This document shows, piece by piece, positions 60,107-64,000 of a DNA stretch of 64,000 nucleotides. Each line of letters opens with the position of its first letter. Positions within the stretch are counted from its first letter, which is position 1. Source of the stretch: Marsupella aquatica (lineage: Eukaryota > Plantae > Marchantiophyta); contig OZ316893.1 of the NCBI GenBank assembly GCA_973895155.1, positions 17,887,836 through 17,951,835 on the forward strand, written 5' to 3'. The translations under genes were made by a program, and so were the position numbers. Under the pieces are notes generated by a model that was not told where the DNA came from, did no database searches, and saw nothing but the letters and a program-made list of their open reading frames with translations.

Positions 60107-63100
60107 TGTGGTGCGTCCCACGGCTCCCTAAACCCAAGAAACCCCCTTGCACAAGCCGATTCCCGCAGGTTTCGCCCTTGGCCAGGCCGGTTTTGCGGCT
60201 TAGCGGCATGGGACGCTGCTAACCTCCTTCTACTAACATTTTACACACATATACTGGACAGGTCCTTCATCGGGTCATGAGATACGTAGCCGGCCTCTTC
60301 TATATCTTCCCTTGGTCTCCTCTCTTGGTCTTCCTTTAGGTATGTTTGGATTCCGCCGCCGGAATGATCCCCAACTGGCTTGGGTAAGCCGCTAAGACCT
60401 CTCTCAGCTTGACACATCCAACTCTTACTACCTTACTTACTCCCTTCTCTTGGTTGATGTAGGCAATCTTCAAACAAGTTAATGCGACACACAAATAGCA
60501 AAATGACTCCTTCTGACTGAGTTATACCATGCACTTGCCATACAAACAATACTTCTCATACACAAGATCTGCGAACTAAGCCATGAGGCCAACTCTATTC
60601 ATCTCTTAGGCATGAGGAAACGTGAATATACACAAGGGTCACAATATAACTAACTGAGAGCTTCTTTTACTACCTGATCCCAGCCCTGCTAGTGCACTAA
60701 AAACTTGCTAAAGAAGAAGACCCTGAACTCCCCGCAACCCAGGTACTTATCTTGGCAGTGGATCCGCCTAATTCTTTGCAGCGTAAGCCTAATCTACCTA
60801 ACTATAATCTACCTACGTACAGCGAGGCAGGAGCACAAGTGTTGCTCTTACCAGTGGATCCGCAATCCCACTAATCTAAGTGTCAGGGCCGCCTCCTGGT
60901 CCTGATCCTAGTTCTAAACTTGGAAATCTGAGCCCACCCTGCCCACTCACGCCTCCTCCCTCCATGTCCACCCTCCTTAAAAGGAGTGGCCCTCCACCAC
61001 CATCATGGTAGCGGTGGCTGATCCTCAATGGATGCCCCCAACGCTTCTTCCGCAGCCATTGCCGTAGGTCCATCCTCTGACAGATTACCTGCCCCGGACC
61101 GAGTCAACTCTCCATCGGCCTGACTGGGTCCACCCTCAGCTTTGGTCTCAGCATCGGCCACGGCCTCTAATACGGCTACGGCCTCCCCGACATGCTCTAG
61201 TGGAGGATCCGATACCCCGGCTTCATCACTGATTGTTCCGGCCTCGGCCTTACCATCCCCGCCTTCTAGGGGTGGATCTACTGTGATCCTGCGTGAGGTT
61301 GGCGCCGGTTGTACCTCCTCTGTCATGATGGCTTGAGAAGCCGCATTACTCCCTAACCCAGAAGGTTTCCGCTTCTTCTTCTTCCCTGTTTTGGCAGCTG
61401 GTCCCATCCCCTTGCCACTTATCTCCGGCACCGGTGCGAGTATCACGGCTTGTCCTTCGGCCAGTACTACTCCTGGCAACTTGGTTGTCCCAATTGGACT
61501 TGATGAAGCCAAGCACTTAAATACTGCGGCTTGTTTCTTTAGCCACTCCGTTTGGTTGTCGGCTTGCCGCTATAAGTTCTCCATCTTCCTCGTGCTTTCC
61601 TCCAACTCCTCCTGCACTTTGTCCAAGTCCTTGCGCGCCTCCTCCAGCTCCTTCTGGGCTTCCTCCAAATTCTTTTTTAAGGTAGCCCTCTCCTCCTAGG
61701 TTGCACTTAGCTCCTTGTCGAGCTCCGCTATGACCTCAGACTCCATTTTATTCATCTTGGCATAAGTCTGATCGAGCTGGTCGTCTTTCTCACGCAGGTC
61801 GGCCTTGAAGCTGGCCGTCAGGGATGCAAGCTCCTGCTGCAGCACAATAATCCCTTGATAGGTTTTCCGTAACTCGGCCTCCTTTTGCTTAAGGGCTCCG
61901 CGGATATCCTCGAGTTCCCCCTTCAACGCCCTTTCCCTTCTCTGAGTCTCCGCCATGGCCTGATTGTTGGCTGCTATGTGGGCCTCCTCTGCATCCCTCA
62001 GCTCCCGCTTACACTTCTCCCTTTCCTTGACTGCAACGGCCAACTCCCCCTAGGTCCGAGCCAATTTATCCTTGATAATCTGATTATCAGATTGAGCAGT
62101 ATCCAATTGCCCCTGCATGATGTTTAGCTCATGCCGCTTAATCCATAGCTCATCTTGGGCTTTCTTGGCAGCCTTCAGGTCTTCCACCTTGGCTTCCCTT
62201 GCCCTAAGTCGACGGATGACCTCGTCTTTCTTTCTTCTCTCCAAAGCCACCGCTTCTTCTAATCGGCGTTTTTCCAACATCTCCCTCTGGAAAAAGGTCC
62301 CTGCTCCAACTCCTCCCCAAAGATGTTGAGCGCAAGTTCCCCACACATCTCCCTGTACTCCATGGCTCTGTCTTTAGCATAGGTGGAGTGAGTAGAAGTC
62401 ATTGGCATCAACCACCGTGGCCTTTGTTCCCAAGCCGCCTTGTGGATTTCTTCTATCGTGGCTGGAGGGCTGCTTTGTTTTTCTGCAAGCTCCCTGATGT
62501 CCTCTGGCCATTCTCCCCCTGGTAAATCTTTCTCCCTAGCCAGGGCTACCCTCTCTTCCTCCCTGAGTCGCTCCTGAAACTCTTGTGCTGTCTGTTTTAT
62601 GCCGTCAAAGCTCGGGGGAGCGACATCTGGCTGGGGGACTCGGGGCTGTTCTGCTGGGTGGGGTCCCCTCAAACTACTCTTGGAAGCGTGGGGATGAAAC
62701 GGCCAGAGGTCCTTATTCCTGGAACATGATGGTCCGACCCGTAGCCGGAGTCATCATTGCCATAGTCCTCCACCGCCTCCTCCACTGCTTGGACTACCGG
62801 TCCCCCCCGCTGCTCCCCTGGTCTTGCCGTGAACACGGCCTCCTGCCGATCATAGCTAGCAGGTCCTAGTTCCTCCTCTAGCTTCCAGGCTGTCTTCTCC
62901 CTCTGTGTCCCCTGAACAAGAGCCTTAGGCTGCCTTCCCTCGGCTATAGGACTCGAGGCTCCTACATACATATGAATCCTCGGCTCGTGTTCCGGCCTCC
63001 TTCTTTCCTTGGGTCCGGTAAAGGGGTTTCCTTCATGAGTCGACTTAGGCCGACCTCTGAAGGAGTGTCCTGTACCTGTGCCGTTGCCATTGCCGTTCTC

Positions 63101-64000
63101 TTTTCCTTCTCCAGCAATTTCAGCAAATTCTGCATGACTGGTTGTTGCATCGGCAAGTCCTCCATCCTCGGCCTAAACACCTGCTCGATTGTAGGATTGT
63201 CAGGCTGGTTTGGTTTCTCTGTTGCCGGCCTCTGTTCCGGAACCTCCTCTGGTGCCTTGCTTGCAGTGGAAGTACCGGGGCAAAGATCTGACTTTGGGCA
63301 TACCAGCATAACAACGGCATGTGATAGCCAAGTCGGGACACGCTTCCCATGCCGATCACCTGCTGTTCCTCTTTCAAGATCTTTTTCAGTTGGGTGAGGA
63401 GGTACCCGTTGTAGTCCCGGCTTGGGTTTGGCCTTTCTACTACTAGGTAGACCTGTGCCTTGCCAATCTCTGGCCTCGGCAAGTTGCGGTGCATGGTTAC
63501 CCGCAAGAAATCGATGATCTCTCCTATGTGTGGGTTGGTGCAGGTGTTCTGAAAGAAGCCATTCTTTGTTGATGGCCCTGGGAACGATCAGAACTCTTTG
63601 TCTAGCAAGGTCTTCCGGGTATCTACTTTGGTCTTATTGCCCATCGGCAAGCCAAACACTTTGGCAATCACCCGGGGAGTGAGATAGAAATCCCCCGAAG
63701 AAATCCTTCCCATACACCCTTGTGGAATTGGTCTCAGGTTCCCATGATCCCACAAATTCTAATAAGTCTGAATCCGGCACCTTCGGCTTCATCCATGGTA
63801 ATTTCACAAAAGCTTCCAAGCCGGATCCGGCCATGAAGCCCTGGTACTTCCGAGTCTGCATAGCCGTAAAGCATGCATCCTCTTCACGTGCAAAGTGTAA
63901 TTGCACTTCCTTGGGGAGGGTCGCCGCCCAGCCTTTCCAGGTATCATCTCTTGTTGGAATGGCATTGATGGGGTTGACCTCCTCTTCTTTGGCTTTGTCG
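60107..64000 (-). repeat. G3 5' LTR (runs off the window) containing an accessory ORF at about 60876-64000
   Basis: TGTGG terminus. The ORF pieces match the G2 LTR ORF (DLLEFVGSWE, EIGKAQV, SRLGYH, WEQRPRW). Confidence 0.85.

Overview
This window is entirely nested plant transposon DNA with no intact host housekeeping gene; a non-seed land plant is likely, but that is an inference from the element families. All alignments below were made by eye. It contains three minus-strand Ty3/Gypsy (non-chromovirus, Athila/Tat-like) elements with tRNA-Asn-type primer binding sites and three solo or solo-like LTRs. It also holds two CACTA transposase pseudogenes, a Sola-like DDD transposase, a Copia 3' end, two L1-type LINEs and two MITEs. 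Two systems stand out. (1) A spliced ParB/Srx-domain plus N6/N4-DNA-methyltransferase-like gene is present in two diverged copies (15.6-19.6 kb and 52.8-55.5 kb). Each copy carries about 10 repeats of its own palindrome in introns and flanks (TAGCGCCWGGCGCTA versus TCTCGGCGAG-S-CTCGCCGAGA), which suggests a parS/VANC-like element-specific recognition system. (2) The giant ~4 kb LTRs carry a whole protein-coding gene inside the LTR, with two candidate promoters and a covarying GNGG-tetraloop hairpin. Further transposon-associated cargo includes an EDM2-type PHD module, tandem BRCT domains and a Ulp1 protease.
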